From: Prolixibacteraceae bacterium
GTDB taxonomy: Bacteria; Bacteroidota; Bacteroidia; Bacteroidales; Prolixibacteraceae
Length of the DNA: 64,000 nucleotides
Reading direction: 5' to 3'
Assembly: GCA_031421065.1 (NCBI GenBank)
Contig: JANONW010000288.1
Coordinates: 2,993-66,992 of the forward strand
Shown: positions 20,001 to 29,100 of the stretch, piece after piece
How positions within the stretch are numbered: position 1 is the stretch's first letter
How the letters are laid out: the number at the start of each line of letters is the position of its first letter
The notes under the pieces: generated by a model
Database searches by the model: none
What the model was told of the DNA's origin: nothing
The model's input: only the letters and a program-made list of their open reading frames with translations
Made by a program: the position numbers and the translations under genes

Positions 20001-20315
20001 ATTTTAATTTTTCGCATCACTTTTGAGCAGATTCCTGAATACGCGTTACTGCTGTCGTTGGGTTTTTCCAAACCAATTATTCAGCGGTTGGTGATGCGCG
20101 AAAAGCTTTTCCTGATGATTGTTTCCGTCCTGATTGGCCTGATTCCAGCCGTATTGAGCGGCCTGCCCACACTGATTTCTTCGCTCTACCCAAACCTGTG
20201 GGTTTGGCTTCCCGCTATTTCTGTTCTGGTGATTTTAAGCGGTGCCGTGTTTAGTTTTGTGGCTATTCGGATGGCTTTCAGGCAGAATTTGGTACAGGCT
20301 ATGAGGAATGAATAA
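17082..20315 (+). CDS. Large type VII (MacB/FtsX-like) ABC permease with two periplasmic domains
   Basis: TM + large periplasmic domain + 3TM unit duplicated; RKTEIGTLTALGFS and QIPEYALLLSLGFS FtsX-type motifs. Confidence 0.88.
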   Translation: MSLSKLILKSAWFYRKLNLTIILGIALSTAILVGALIIGDSVKYSLQQITVQRLGKTSQVITAGERLFGQQLTIELATKTGVVTTALLRANGFGVIDGGELRINQLAVWGVDSTLGRFANGSESFILNGNDVAINENLAALSGLKVNDEFLLRLNKLNTFPANTPFVSETETTISFRVSVARILKSEELGNFNLQNIQSAPRNVFLNLQWLNEQMGLQQKANVLLVAEGISSSELIQKLQKSWKLEDMNLEIRENQTLNYTELISDRVFVEPAVEQFCLNKMPGSQAVFSYFINEFTLKGKQTPYSFVSSDPKLTGNQIIASNWLADDLKIKLNDTVRLSYFEVGPLRRLVLKDTSFVVGHIYELAGEKADQNRMPVIPGLSDAGNCRDWKTGVPVDLKKIRTKDEDYWKAHKGTPKAFVSLETAQKLWGNHFGQSTAIRVDGLKKAEFESQLLSGLNPSQLGFEVRDVKTDGLAAASGGTDFGGLFIGLSFFVLFAAVLLAFLLFKLYLGFRKTEIGTLTALGFSFQTIRKLFVAEASVFVLVGIFLGIPFSILYNHLILQAINTIWVDIVRTSIVNIHIRPVSLIFGSLIIALMSFTAIWFILSRFLKNEAIALQRKHISVKLNNGRWSLSLGLCLIAFSVIILFAKGFRSGEINPEFFFISGFGLLPGLILIFDFWMHRLAVQEKAMHFSLQTMLLKRIAGERRRNVMIVSFLSVGVFMVVSTGLNRKDLTSNADLPSSGTGGYDYFVETTMPVLFDVNTPKGREDFDIPADAQIVQFQAQPGDDASCLNLNRISRPRLIACNPAAFDQRSAFTFATRTDDLDAQHPWLTLNQTLADDVIPAIADQTVIQWGLMKKVGDTLLYKTEDGKDLKLKLVGGLANSVFQGNVIIAEDHFNRAFPSVSGSNVFLIDVPYSSLTAEDLQIGMRNYGPEISRTTDRLLSFYTVENTYLNIFLMLGALGLLIGTLGLGILIFRITFEQIPEYALLLSLGFSKPIIQRLVMREKLFLMIVSVLIGLIPAVLSGLPTLISSLYPNLWVWLPAISVLVILSGAVFSFVAIRMAFRQNLVQAMRNE

Positions 20316-20339
20316 AAAAATCTGTGCAATACATGTTTG

Positions 20340-20639
20340 TTATTTTATTCTCAAATCTTCTGGATTTTGCCTGCAATCCCATACTATATGAACAATAATC
20401 CGATCTTTCGTTATCTCGTAAAACAAAATGAATTCATCAACGATTAGTCCGCGAACTGATTCGATATCAGTTGCTCTCCCTAAGTCAGGTTGTTTGTAGA
20501 GTAAGCTTAATTCTTTTGAGAATCTTTTGTATAGTTTGGTTGAATATGCTGTGCTTTTATTTCGATTGGTGTAAAAATCGAGAATCTCGAAAAGCTTAAT
20601 GTTGGCTCTTTGAGACCAGGTTATTTTGAGCTTTGCCAT
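20340..20639 (-). CDS. ParE/RelE-family type II toxin
   Basis: KITWSQRA, QPDLGR, ILFYEI..IIVHIVWDCRQNP; 99 aa; overlaps upstream small gene. Confidence 0.8.
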   Translation of the reverse strand: MAKLKITWSQRANIKLFEILDFYTNRNKSTAYSTKLYKRFSKELSLLYKQPDLGRATDIESVRGLIVDEFILFYEITKDRIIVHIVWDCRQNPEDLRIK

Positions 20640-20857
20640 TTGTTGAATTTTTCGTCAAGGTCATCTTGCTCAATAAATTGCCCCTGCTCAATCTGCAAGC
20701 GCGATTCGCTGATCTCGCGGCATTGTGCTTCTGTTAATGTCAAAACCTGAGATTGTGCCTTCGAATCCAGAATAGTCTTAATTGCCCGTAAAAAAGACTC
20801 ATCGTCAATTTCTGTTATTCTGTGTATCAACAATTTCTTTAATTCAACCGCTGTCAT
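20621..20857 (-). CDS. Putative antitoxin (78 aa from ATG 20857)
   Basis: MTAVELKKLLIHRITEIDDESFLRAIKTILD, LTEAQ..EI..SRLQIEQG; acidic; directly upstream of the toxin. Confidence 0.7.
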   Translation of the reverse strand: MTAVELKKLLIHRITEIDDESFLRAIKTILDSKAQSQVLTLTEAQCREISESRLQIEQGQFIEQDDLDEKFNKWQSSK

Positions 20858-21150
20858 ATTCCAATAGTTTTTAGACGATAAATATACGATATTCTTAAAG
20901 TTTTTGATTCCTTGCAACTTAAATATCTGTAATTTAGTCAAGTAATCAAAACAATAACTCCAAAAAATTCAAAATAGCTATTAACAGCAATTAGTTGATA
21001 TTCAATCAATAATGGGTTTTCTTAGAAACACTAATTAATAAAACTACACCAAACGTCTTAAAGCGAATTTTATCAATATGATATAATTCCTCTGAGGAAA
21101 GCGGAAATTTGATTATCCACACAATCCAGAATGAACAAAAAAATAAGCAA

Positions 21151-21184
21151 AAAGGCCGTCACAAACTTAATTGAGACGGCCTTT
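21151..21184 (-). terminator. Intrinsic terminator of gltBD
   Basis: aaaggccgtc...gacggccttt stem; T-rich tail on the minus strand. Confidence 0.7.
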
Positions 21185-21206
21185 AATATTTTGGAATTTG
21201 AAATAA

Positions 21207-22631
21207 TTATTCAGGACAAAGATAATCATCCACTTTCGCAGCGGCAATTTTTCCGGCTTCGATCGCACGAACGACAAGGCTGGCACCAGCTTCAATGTCG
21301 CCGCAGGCAAATACTTTTTCAATGGAAGTCTGCTTTTTGGCGTTCACTTTAACATTTCCACGTGAATCGTATTCAATACCTAATTGATCGAGCAAACCGT
21401 TGTGTGCAGGCTGGGTAAAGCCCATCGAAAGCAGCACTATATCGAAATCCATTGTTTCAGACGTTCCGGGAACCTCTGTCATTACCCAACGTCCTGATTC
21501 ATCTTTTCCCCATTCAACGCCCACAAGTTCAACTTGCTTAAGCTGACCATTCTCGCCGATCATCTTTTTGGTAGATAAACTCCAGCGGCGCTCACAACCT
21601 TCCATGTGCGAGCTCGAAGTGCGCAGTGTAGCTGGCCAGTAAGGCCATGGGTTGTTATCAGCACGTTTCGCTGTTGGTTTTGGGAGAATTTCTATCTGTG
21701 TAACGCTTCTCGCCTTTTGACGAATGGAAGTACCCACGCAATCGGAACCAGTGTCGCCACCTCCGATTACAAGCACCCGTTTATCTTTTGCGGTAATACT
21801 TATTTCTTCAGGAATAACTTCGCCGGCAATTCGTTTGTTTTGTTGCATCAAAAATTCCATTGCAAAATGAACACCTTTCAGTTCGCGGCCTTCAACGGGT
21901 AAATCGCGTGCCTGTTCGGCGCCATTGGCCAAAACCACCGCATCAAAATTCGCCAGCAATTCTTCGCGGGTGATGTCGGTACCAACAACTACGTTGGGTC
22001 TAAAAATGATCCCTTCATCAAGGAAAATTGCCAAACGACGATCGATTACGGTTTTGCTTAATTTAAAATCAGGAATTCCAAAACGCAGCAAACCACCAAT
22101 CGCTTTATTTTTCTCAAAGACAGTCACTTCATGGCCGGCCTGATTTAACAGATCGGCCACTGAAAGCCCGGCAGGCCCAGAGCCAACTACTGCGACTTTT
22201 TTACCAGTACGCACTTCAGGAATACGTGGCTGCACAAATCCAAGATTGAAAGCATGCTCAACAGTGGATGCTTCGTTTTCACGAATGGTTACAGTTTCGT
22301 CATGAATTGCCAGTACACAGGCTTTTTCGCAGGGAGCAGGACAAACTCGGCCTGTAAATTCGGGGAAACTGTTGCTCGAATGCAATACTTCGTAAGCGCC
22401 TTTCCAGTCAGCTTTGTAAACCAGATCCTGCCATTCCGGAATTTTACTTCCGACAGGACAGCCCCAGTGGCAAAAATGAACACCGCAATCCATGCAGCGC
22501 TCAGCCTGTTCTTTACGGTCTTTGTCGTCGAGTGTTTGCTCTACTTCACTGTAGTCGTATATTCTGTCATTCAGCGGACGATAACCTGCTTCTTTTCGTC
22601 CTATTGTCATGAAACCTTTTGGATTTCCCAT
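21207..22631 (-). CDS. gltD: Glutamate synthase small subunit
   Basis: RCMDCG..FC..GCP, TGRVCPAPCE, GSGPAG, GGGDTG, FACGD. Confidence 0.97.
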   Translation of the reverse strand: MGNPKGFMTIGRKEAGYRPLNDRIYDYSEVEQTLDDKDRKEQAERCMDCGVHFCHWGCPVGSKIPEWQDLVYKADWKGAYEVLHSSNSFPEFTGRVCPAPCEKACVLAIHDETVTIRENEASTVEHAFNLGFVQPRIPEVRTGKKVAVVGSGPAGLSVADLLNQAGHEVTVFEKNKAIGGLLRFGIPDFKLSKTVIDRRLAIFLDEGIIFRPNVVVGTDITREELLANFDAVVLANGAEQARDLPVEGRELKGVHFAMEFLMQQNKRIAGEVIPEEISITAKDKRVLVIGGGDTGSDCVGTSIRQKARSVTQIEILPKPTAKRADNNPWPYWPATLRTSSSHMEGCERRWSLSTKKMIGENGQLKQVELVGVEWGKDESGRWVMTEVPGTSETMDFDIVLLSMGFTQPAHNGLLDQLGIEYDSRGNVKVNAKKQTSIEKVFACGDIEAGASLVVRAIEAGKIAAAKVDDYLCPE

Positions 22632-22654
22632 GGTAATTGTTTTTTGTAGTTTTA

Positions 22655-25600
22655 TTATTCCTGATGCCTTGGATTGTCTTCTGTCAACTGAAGTTTTTTC
22701 TCCAGCTCACGCAGCTTCAGTTCTTCAAGTACTTTCTTATACTCGAACGGAATTACCTTGACAAATTTTGGAAGGTATTCGTCCCAGTTTGTAAGAATTT
22801 TTGCAGCCATGGTGCTTTGTGTGTATAACAGATGTTTGTTAATCAGGTCCTGTAATTCAACAATATCAGCTTTGTCTTCAACTGGGCCAAGCTCAACCAG
22901 TCCTTTGTTGCAGAAATATTCGAAATTGCCTTCCTCATCGAGTACATAAGCAATACCACCGCTCATCCCGGCAGCAAAGTTACGTCCGGTAGTACCTAGG
23001 ACAACCACTCGCCCGCCGGTCATGTATTCGCAGCAATGGTCGCCGCTTCCTTCAATTACCGTTTTTGCTCCTGAATTCCGCACACAGAAACGTTCACCGG
23101 CCACACCGCGGATAAATGCTTCTCCTGAAGTTGCACCGTAGAAAGAAGTATTTCCGACGATGATATTTTCTTCAGGATTAAAAGTTGTACCAACCGGTGG
23201 AACTACAATAATACGCCCTCCTGAAAGCCCTTTGCCAATATAGTCGTTGCAATCGCCTTCCAAACGGAAACTCAATCCTTTTACAAGGAAAGCGCCGAAA
23301 CTTTGCCCGGCAGTTCCTGTAAAATTAGCCATGATCGTGTTGTTCGGCAATCCTTCTTCACCATAGCGCCTCGAAATTTCGCCCGACAACATGGCGCCAA
23401 CTGTCCGGTCAACATTGGTAATGGTATGCGACAACCAAACTTTTTCCTTGCTCTTTATGGCTTTGTTTGCTTCCCTGATGAGCGAATGATCCATGTGGTC
23501 CTCAACCGATTTAATATTTGGAAACGTATTGTGTATGTCGTGATGCTTGGCTTCTTCAGGCATGAAAATCACCTTCGAAAAGTCCATTTTTTTCATCTTC
23601 CAGTTCAATACATCGTTGTTCTGTTCCAGTAAATCTGCACGGCCAACAATTTCTTCGAAGGTCGTATAACCAATTTCAGCAAGATGTTCGCGAACTTCGG
23701 TGGCAATAAACCGGAAGAAATTGATGGTATATTCCGACCGGCCTATGAACCGTTTGCGCAGTGTTTCATCTTGGGTAGCGATACCGGCAGGACAAGTATT
23801 CAGGTGGCATTTCCGCATCATGATACAGCCCAAAGTAATGAGGGCTGATGTTGAAAACCCGAATTCTTCGCCACCGAGCATTCCCATGATCACCACATCG
23901 CGGCCTGTTTTAAGCTGACCATCAACCTGTAATTTTACTCTACCCCGTAAGTTGTTCATTACCAATGTTTGCTGTGCTTCGGCAATACCCAATTCGGCTG
24001 GCAATCCGGCAAATTTTATCGAGCTGGCCGGACTTGCGCCTGTACCGCCTTCGCAACCTGCAATGATAATTATATCGGAGAAAGCTTTTGCAACCCCGGC
24101 AGCAATGGTACCTACCCCATTTTCGGCAACCAGTTTTACCGAAACTTTTGCTCTCGGGTTGGTTACTTTCAGGTCGTAGATCAACTGGGCCAAATCCTCA
24201 ATCGAATAAATATCGTGATGTGGCGGAGGAGAAATCAGGGTAATTCCGGGAGTTGAATTCCGGAGTTTCGCAATAATATTATTGACCTTAAATCCTGGCA
24301 ACTGACCTCCTTCACCCGGTTTTGCGCCTTGTGCAATTTTAATCTGCAACTCGTCGGCATTGATCAGGTAATTGTTGGTTACCCCAAACCTACCCGATGC
24401 AACCTGTTTGATGGCGCTTCGTTTGTTGGTGCCAAAACGTTCGGCATCTTCACCGCCTTCGCCGGTATTGCTTCGTCCGCCAATGGTATTCATAGCAACA
24501 GCCAGAGCCTCGTGGGCTTCTTTACTGATTGATCCGTACGACATGGCGCCGGTAACAAAACGTTTCATGATACTTTCGACAGGTTCTACCAGCGAAATAT
24601 CAATCGGGTTCCGTTTGTATTTCAGGCAACCGCGTATAAAGGTTGGTTTTGCATTTTCGGTATCCACCAATTTTGTGAATTCCTTGAATACGCTGTAATC
24701 GTTGGTGCGGGTCGCCCATTGCAGTAATCCAATTGTTTCAGGATTCCAGGCATGATGTTCGCCGTATTTCCGGTAATGGTAAGTCCCGGCACTCTCAAAA
24801 TTATTATTGACCAGGTGTTTCTTTTTTCCGTAAGCTTCCTTGTGGAACAAAAGCGATTCCAGGCAAATTTCTTCGAACCCCATTCCTCCAAATTTAGAAG
24901 CAGTTCCAGTGAAATATTTAGCAATAACTTCATTGCTTATGCCCAATGCTTCAAATATCTGGCACCCCTGATAACTGCGAAGTGTTGAGATTCCCATTTT
25001 GGACATCACTTTCAGCAGACCTTTATCAATTGATTTGATATAATTGTGGCGGGCTTCTGAATATTTCATATTAATCTGACCGCTTTTCACCATATCGTCG
25101 ATGGCCGCAAAAGCCAGATAAGGGTTCACTGAGCTGGCTCCATAGCCAAACAACAGGGCAAAATGCGCAATCTCACGTGCTTCGCCCGTCTCAACAATAA
25201 TCCCGATCTGCATTCTTTTCTGGGTTTGGATCAGGTGATGGTGAACCGCAGCAACCGCCAGCAATGATGGAATGGGCGCATATTCTGCCGAAACATTCCT
25301 GTCTGACAGAATGATAAAATTTTTGTGGTCATCCACCGCTTTTTCGGCTAGTTTCAGCAAATCGTCAAATGCCTTTTGAAATCCTTCAACACCATCTTTC
25401 ACCGGAAATACCATAGGTAATGTGGAGTGAGAGAACTGTTCGTGTTTCAGGTCTTTGATTTTTCCGAGGTCGGTATTGGTAATGATCGGATCGGTGAATT
25501 TGATCAGTCTGGCATGTATTGGCGATTCGTCCAGAATATTGGAGTGCAGCGAACCGATGTAATTTGTAAGCGACATCACCAAACCTTCGCGGATGGAGTC

Positions 25601-27181
25601 GATTGGCGGATTGGTAACCTGTGCAAATACCTGACGGAAATAATCGAAGAAACGATGTGGTTTTTCGGAGAAACATGCCAGTGGCGTATCGTTACCCATC
25701 GAGCTGGTAGGCTCTACTGCTGAAACGGCCATCGGGGCAATAATCATTTCCATGTCCTCTTTCGAATAGCCAAATACTTTCGCCAAGGTATTAAACTGAT
25801 CGCCAAGCGATGAAGGGACACGCTGTTTTACTTCAATATCGTCCATCACCAAACGATTTTCCTTCAGCCAGTTACCGTAAGGATTGCGGGAGCTCAACTG
25901 TGCTTTTACTTCTTTGTCAGGAATAATTATGCCCAGTTTGGTATCGACCAGCAGTATTTTCCCAGGGCGCAAACGGCCCTTTTCTTTAACATCTTCAGCA
26001 GCGAAAGTTTGAACCCCCACTTCTGAACCCATCACGATCATATCGTTTTTGGTAATGATGTATCTTGAAGGGCGTAATCCGTTGCGGTCAAGTGTTCCGC
26101 CAATGTAACGGCCATCAGAAAAAACCATAGAGGCCGGGCCATCCCATGGTTCCATAATGGTTGAATGGTATTCGTAAAAAGCCTTCAGGCTGTCAGGAAT
26201 CGGGTTTTTAGAGTTAAATGATTCAGGAATCATCATGCACAATACATGCGGAACAGAACGCCCTGTCTGATGCAGAAATTCGAGCGTATTGTCGAAAGAA
26301 GCAGAGTCGGATTTATTGGGCTCAATGACAGGATACAGTTTTTTCAGGTCGTCACCAAAAACTTCCGATTTCAGCAGTGCTTCACGGGCTTGCATCCACA
26401 TGCGGTTGCCTTTTATCGTATTGATCTCGCCGTTGTGGGCTATCATGCGGAATGGCTGAGCCAAATCCCATGTCGGGAAAGTATTGGTGCTGAACCTTGA
26501 ATGTACCAAAGCAATGGCGCTCGTAAATTTCGGGTGGGCAAGGTCTTTAAAATAATCCCTCAACTGACCGGGAGTTAACATTCCCTTGTAAATAATGGTT
26601 TTTGAAGATAAACTCGGGATATAAAATGCGCCCCTGGTTTTCAGTTTTGATTCCCGTATTTCCTTTTCTGCCTGTTTGCGGGCAAGGTATAATTTCTGTT
26701 CAAGCACATCCTGTTCCAGATCGGCTTTCACAAATATTTGCCTGACATAAGGTTCTGTCAGTTTTGCGATTTCGCCCGGGGCGGAGCTGTCAACAGCCAC
26801 ATCGCGGTATTCTATCAGTTCAAGACCTTCCTGTTTGATATACTTGCTTAAAATATCCTGACAGATATTGGCCTCCTCCTTATCGTGAGGAAGAAAAATC
26901 AATCCTGTTCCGAACTTACCTGAAGCCGGAATATTCACCTTCAAAACTTCCTTGATATATTGATCAGGTATTTGCATCAAAATACCGGCACCGTCACCAG
27001 TTTTATTGTCAGAACCGGTAGCGCCACGGTGATCCATATTTTCAAGAACCTCTAATCCCCGTTCGATAATTTCATGCGATTTTTGCCCCTTAATGTGGGC
27101 AACAAATCCAATTCCGCAATTATCGTGCTCATTGGCTGGATCGTACAACCCCTGCGCTTTTGGATATCCTATGCTCATCAT
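22655..27181 (-). CDS. gltB: Glutamate synthase large subunit
   Basis: HDNCGIGF (Ntn Cys), HSRFSTNT, QGAKPGEGG, CHLNTCP 3Fe-4S region, GERFCVRNSG. Confidence 0.98.
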   Translation of the reverse strand: MMSIGYPKAQGLYDPANEHDNCGIGFVAHIKGQKSHEIIERGLEVLENMDHRGATGSDNKTGDGAGILMQIPDQYIKEVLKVNIPASGKFGTGLIFLPHDKEEANICQDILSKYIKQEGLELIEYRDVAVDSSAPGEIAKLTEPYVRQIFVKADLEQDVLEQKLYLARKQAEKEIRESKLKTRGAFYIPSLSSKTIIYKGMLTPGQLRDYFKDLAHPKFTSAIALVHSRFSTNTFPTWDLAQPFRMIAHNGEINTIKGNRMWMQAREALLKSEVFGDDLKKLYPVIEPNKSDSASFDNTLEFLHQTGRSVPHVLCMMIPESFNSKNPIPDSLKAFYEYHSTIMEPWDGPASMVFSDGRYIGGTLDRNGLRPSRYIITKNDMIVMGSEVGVQTFAAEDVKEKGRLRPGKILLVDTKLGIIIPDKEVKAQLSSRNPYGNWLKENRLVMDDIEVKQRVPSSLGDQFNTLAKVFGYSKEDMEMIIAPMAVSAVEPTSSMGNDTPLACFSEKPHRFFDYFRQVFAQVTNPPIDSIREGLVMSLTNYIGSLHSNILDESPIHARLIKFTDPIITNTDLGKIKDLKHEQFSHSTLPMVFPVKDGVEGFQKAFDDLLKLAEKAVDDHKNFIILSDRNVSAEYAPIPSLLAVAAVHHHLIQTQKRMQIGIIVETGEAREIAHFALLFGYGASSVNPYLAFAAIDDMVKSGQINMKYSEARHNYIKSIDKGLLKVMSKMGISTLRSYQGCQIFEALGISNEVIAKYFTGTASKFGGMGFEEICLESLLFHKEAYGKKKHLVNNNFESAGTYHYRKYGEHHAWNPETIGLLQWATRTNDYSVFKEFTKLVDTENAKPTFIRGCLKYKRNPIDISLVEPVESIMKRFVTGAMSYGSISKEAHEALAVAMNTIGGRSNTGEGGEDAERFGTNKRSAIKQVASGRFGVTNNYLINADELQIKIAQGAKPGEGGQLPGFKVNNIIAKLRNSTPGITLISPPPHHDIYSIEDLAQLIYDLKVTNPRAKVSVKLVAENGVGTIAAGVAKAFSDIIIIAGCEGGTGASPASSIKFAGLPAELGIAEAQQTLVMNNLRGRVKLQVDGQLKTGRDVVIMGMLGGEEFGFSTSALITLGCIMMRKCHLNTCPAGIATQDETLRKRFIGRSEYTINFFRFIATEVREHLAEIGYTTFEEIVGRADLLEQNNDVLNWKMKKMDFSKVIFMPEEAKHHDIHNTFPNIKSVEDHMDHSLIREANKAIKSKEKVWLSHTITNVDRTVGAMLSGEISRRYGEEGLPNNTIMANFTGTAGQSFGAFLVKGLSFRLEGDCNDYIGKGLSGGRIIVVPPVGTTFNPEENIIVGNTSFYGATSGEAFIRGVAGERFCVRNSGAKTVIEGSGDHCCEYMTGGRVVVLGTTGRNFAAGMSGGIAYVLDEEGNFEYFCNKGLVELGPVEDKADIVELQDLINKHLLYTQSTMAAKILTNWDEYLPKFVKVIPFEYKKVLEELKLRELEKKLQLTEDNPRHQE

Positions 27182-27544
27182 CTTTATTTTTTAATATTTT
27201 GTTTTCACAAAAAGCTTACATATCATCAGTTTAAAAATCATTTTGAACGAATCAATCAACAAATACCGAGAAATTATAAGCAAATCAATCTTTTTTCTTA
27301 CGAACTGAAAGCGAAAGTAGTTATTTTTATAGAAAGTTCAAATTCTGTAACACCAGGGGAATTGATAAATTCAGGCGACCGTGAAAGAAAAGTTTCATTA
27401 ATCACATACAAACCACTTCATATCAACACCTTAAAGATGCAATCCAAACAATTATTCTTATCATGTCAAAATCAATAAATAACGATAAATTAACAAATCC
27501 TGATTTTAGTGAAATCCAGATTGTCCTCGGACTGGAAACAACAT

Positions 27545-28882
27545 CTATTCCTCTCCCAGCAATGTTGTATAAGCTTTTTCTATTTTCTGAAATTCATAAC
27601 CTTCAACAACGCTTTTCATTTTACCGGCAATCTGTTCAAGGCATAAATTTCCGAGACTTCCTTCATGGGTGTGATTTATCTCCCGGCTTGGCTCATAAGT
27701 TCCTGCTTTAATCCGACCGCCAACCATTTTGTAAGCATCGCGGAACGGTACACCTTGCATAACCAGTTTATTTACATCTTCAACACTGAAAACATATTTA
27801 TAGCGGTCGTCTGCCAATAAATTGGCACTCACCGTCATGTTGTCGATTGCGAAACCGGCAATGCCGATGCAATCTGTCAACTCCTGAAATGCAGGCAGGA
27901 AAACTTCTTTCAGAATCTGCAGGTCGCGGAAATAGCCGCTTGGCAGGTTATTGGTCATGAGGCTGATCTGATAAGGAATAGCCTGTATTTTATTGCAATG
28001 TGAACGGACAAGTTCGAACACATCCGGGTTTTTCTTGTGTGGCATGATGCTCGATCCGGTAGTCAGCTCGTCGGGAAGCGAAACGAACCCAAAATTCTGG
28101 CTCATGAACAAACAAACATCAAAAGCAAATTTTGAAATAGTCGCAGCTACCGATGATAATGCAAAAGCCACTGTTTTCTCCATCTTTCCACGACCCATCT
28201 GTGCATAAATCACATTGTAATTCATCGAGTCGAAACCCAGCAAATCGGTAGTCATTTGCCGGTCGAGTGGAAATGAAGATCCATATCCGGCAGCCGATCC
28301 AAGCGGATTTTGATTGGTAATTTTGTATGCAGCCTGCAACAAAACCAAATCATCGACCAAACTTTCGGAGTATGCGCTAAACCACAAACCAAACGACGAA
28401 GGCATGGCCACCTGCAAATGCGTGTAACCGGGCATCAGTAATTGTTTGTTCGCCTCGGCTTTGGCCATTAGCTTTTCAAACAATTCATTCGTAGCCAACA
28501 CCAATTTCTGAATTTCGGAACGGGTAAACAGTTTTAAATCAAGCAAAACCTGATCGTTTCGCGAACGTCCGCTGTGGATTTTTTTGCCAATATCGCCCAG
28601 TTTGCGGGTAAGCATCAATTCCACTTGTGAATGAACATCTTCCACTCCTACTTCGATTTGGAAATCCCCATTTTCAATCAGATGATAAATTTCAACCAAT
28701 TCCGTTTGTAGTTCGGCAAGCTCACTTTCGGTAAGCAAATTGATGGATTGCAGCATTTTAGCATGAGCAATTGATCCCAACACATCAAATTTGGCCAGAT
28801 ATAAATCAAGCTCACGATCTTTTCCTACTGTAAATTTTTCGATGAGTCCGTGTACTGAAGTTCCTTTATCCCAGAGTTTCAT
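27545..28882 (-). CDS. argH: Argininosuccinate lyase
   Basis: MKLWDKG, IHSGRSRNDQ, PGYTHLQ, GSSIMPHKKNPDVFE. Confidence 0.97.
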   Translation of the reverse strand: MKLWDKGTSVHGLIEKFTVGKDRELDLYLAKFDVLGSIAHAKMLQSINLLTESELAELQTELVEIYHLIENGDFQIEVGVEDVHSQVELMLTRKLGDIGKKIHSGRSRNDQVLLDLKLFTRSEIQKLVLATNELFEKLMAKAEANKQLLMPGYTHLQVAMPSSFGLWFSAYSESLVDDLVLLQAAYKITNQNPLGSAAGYGSSFPLDRQMTTDLLGFDSMNYNVIYAQMGRGKMEKTVAFALSSVAATISKFAFDVCLFMSQNFGFVSLPDELTTGSSIMPHKKNPDVFELVRSHCNKIQAIPYQISLMTNNLPSGYFRDLQILKEVFLPAFQELTDCIGIAGFAIDNMTVSANLLADDRYKYVFSVEDVNKLVMQGVPFRDAYKMVGGRIKAGTYEPSREINHTHEGSLGNLCLEQIAGKMKSVVEGYEFQKIEKAYTTLLGEE

Positions 28883-28905
28883 AGTGCATAAGTTTTTTGA
28901 AGTTT

Positions 28906-28913
28906 CAAAGATA
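28906..28913 (-). promoter_or_regulatory. -7 promoter box for argH
   Basis: TATCTTTG on the minus strand, 23 bp upstream of the ATG. Confidence 0.55.
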
Positions 28914-29100
28914 AATCAAAATAGGGTTTTATGCATTTCAAGTGGATTTTTATTAAAAACGCCCCTGTTTTTTAATGTAGGTCTGATTTTAAGATGAAAA
29001 TTTCTTCCAACCCAAATATTAGGTTTTCAGTAATATATTGTAACTTGCACGAGAACATTGAAGCAAATATGTTACTGTCTATTCCTTAAAAACACTCATT

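Noticed and set aside
21131-21352. 73-aa plus-strand ORF
   Set aside because: Antisense to the gltD 3' end and spans its terminator; no recognisable motif.
27074-27711. Two plus-strand ORFs (134 aa and 82 aa) in the gltB-argH gap
   Set aside because: They overlap gltB and argH antisense, run through AT-rich promoter DNA and show no protein-like features; I also saw no riboswitch or sRNA structure here.
28884-28940. Possible ARG boxes at the argH promoter
   Set aside because: Only half-sites (tgcataa, ttatgca) without the 18-bp palindrome or tandem spacing; not supportable without a weight-matrix scan.
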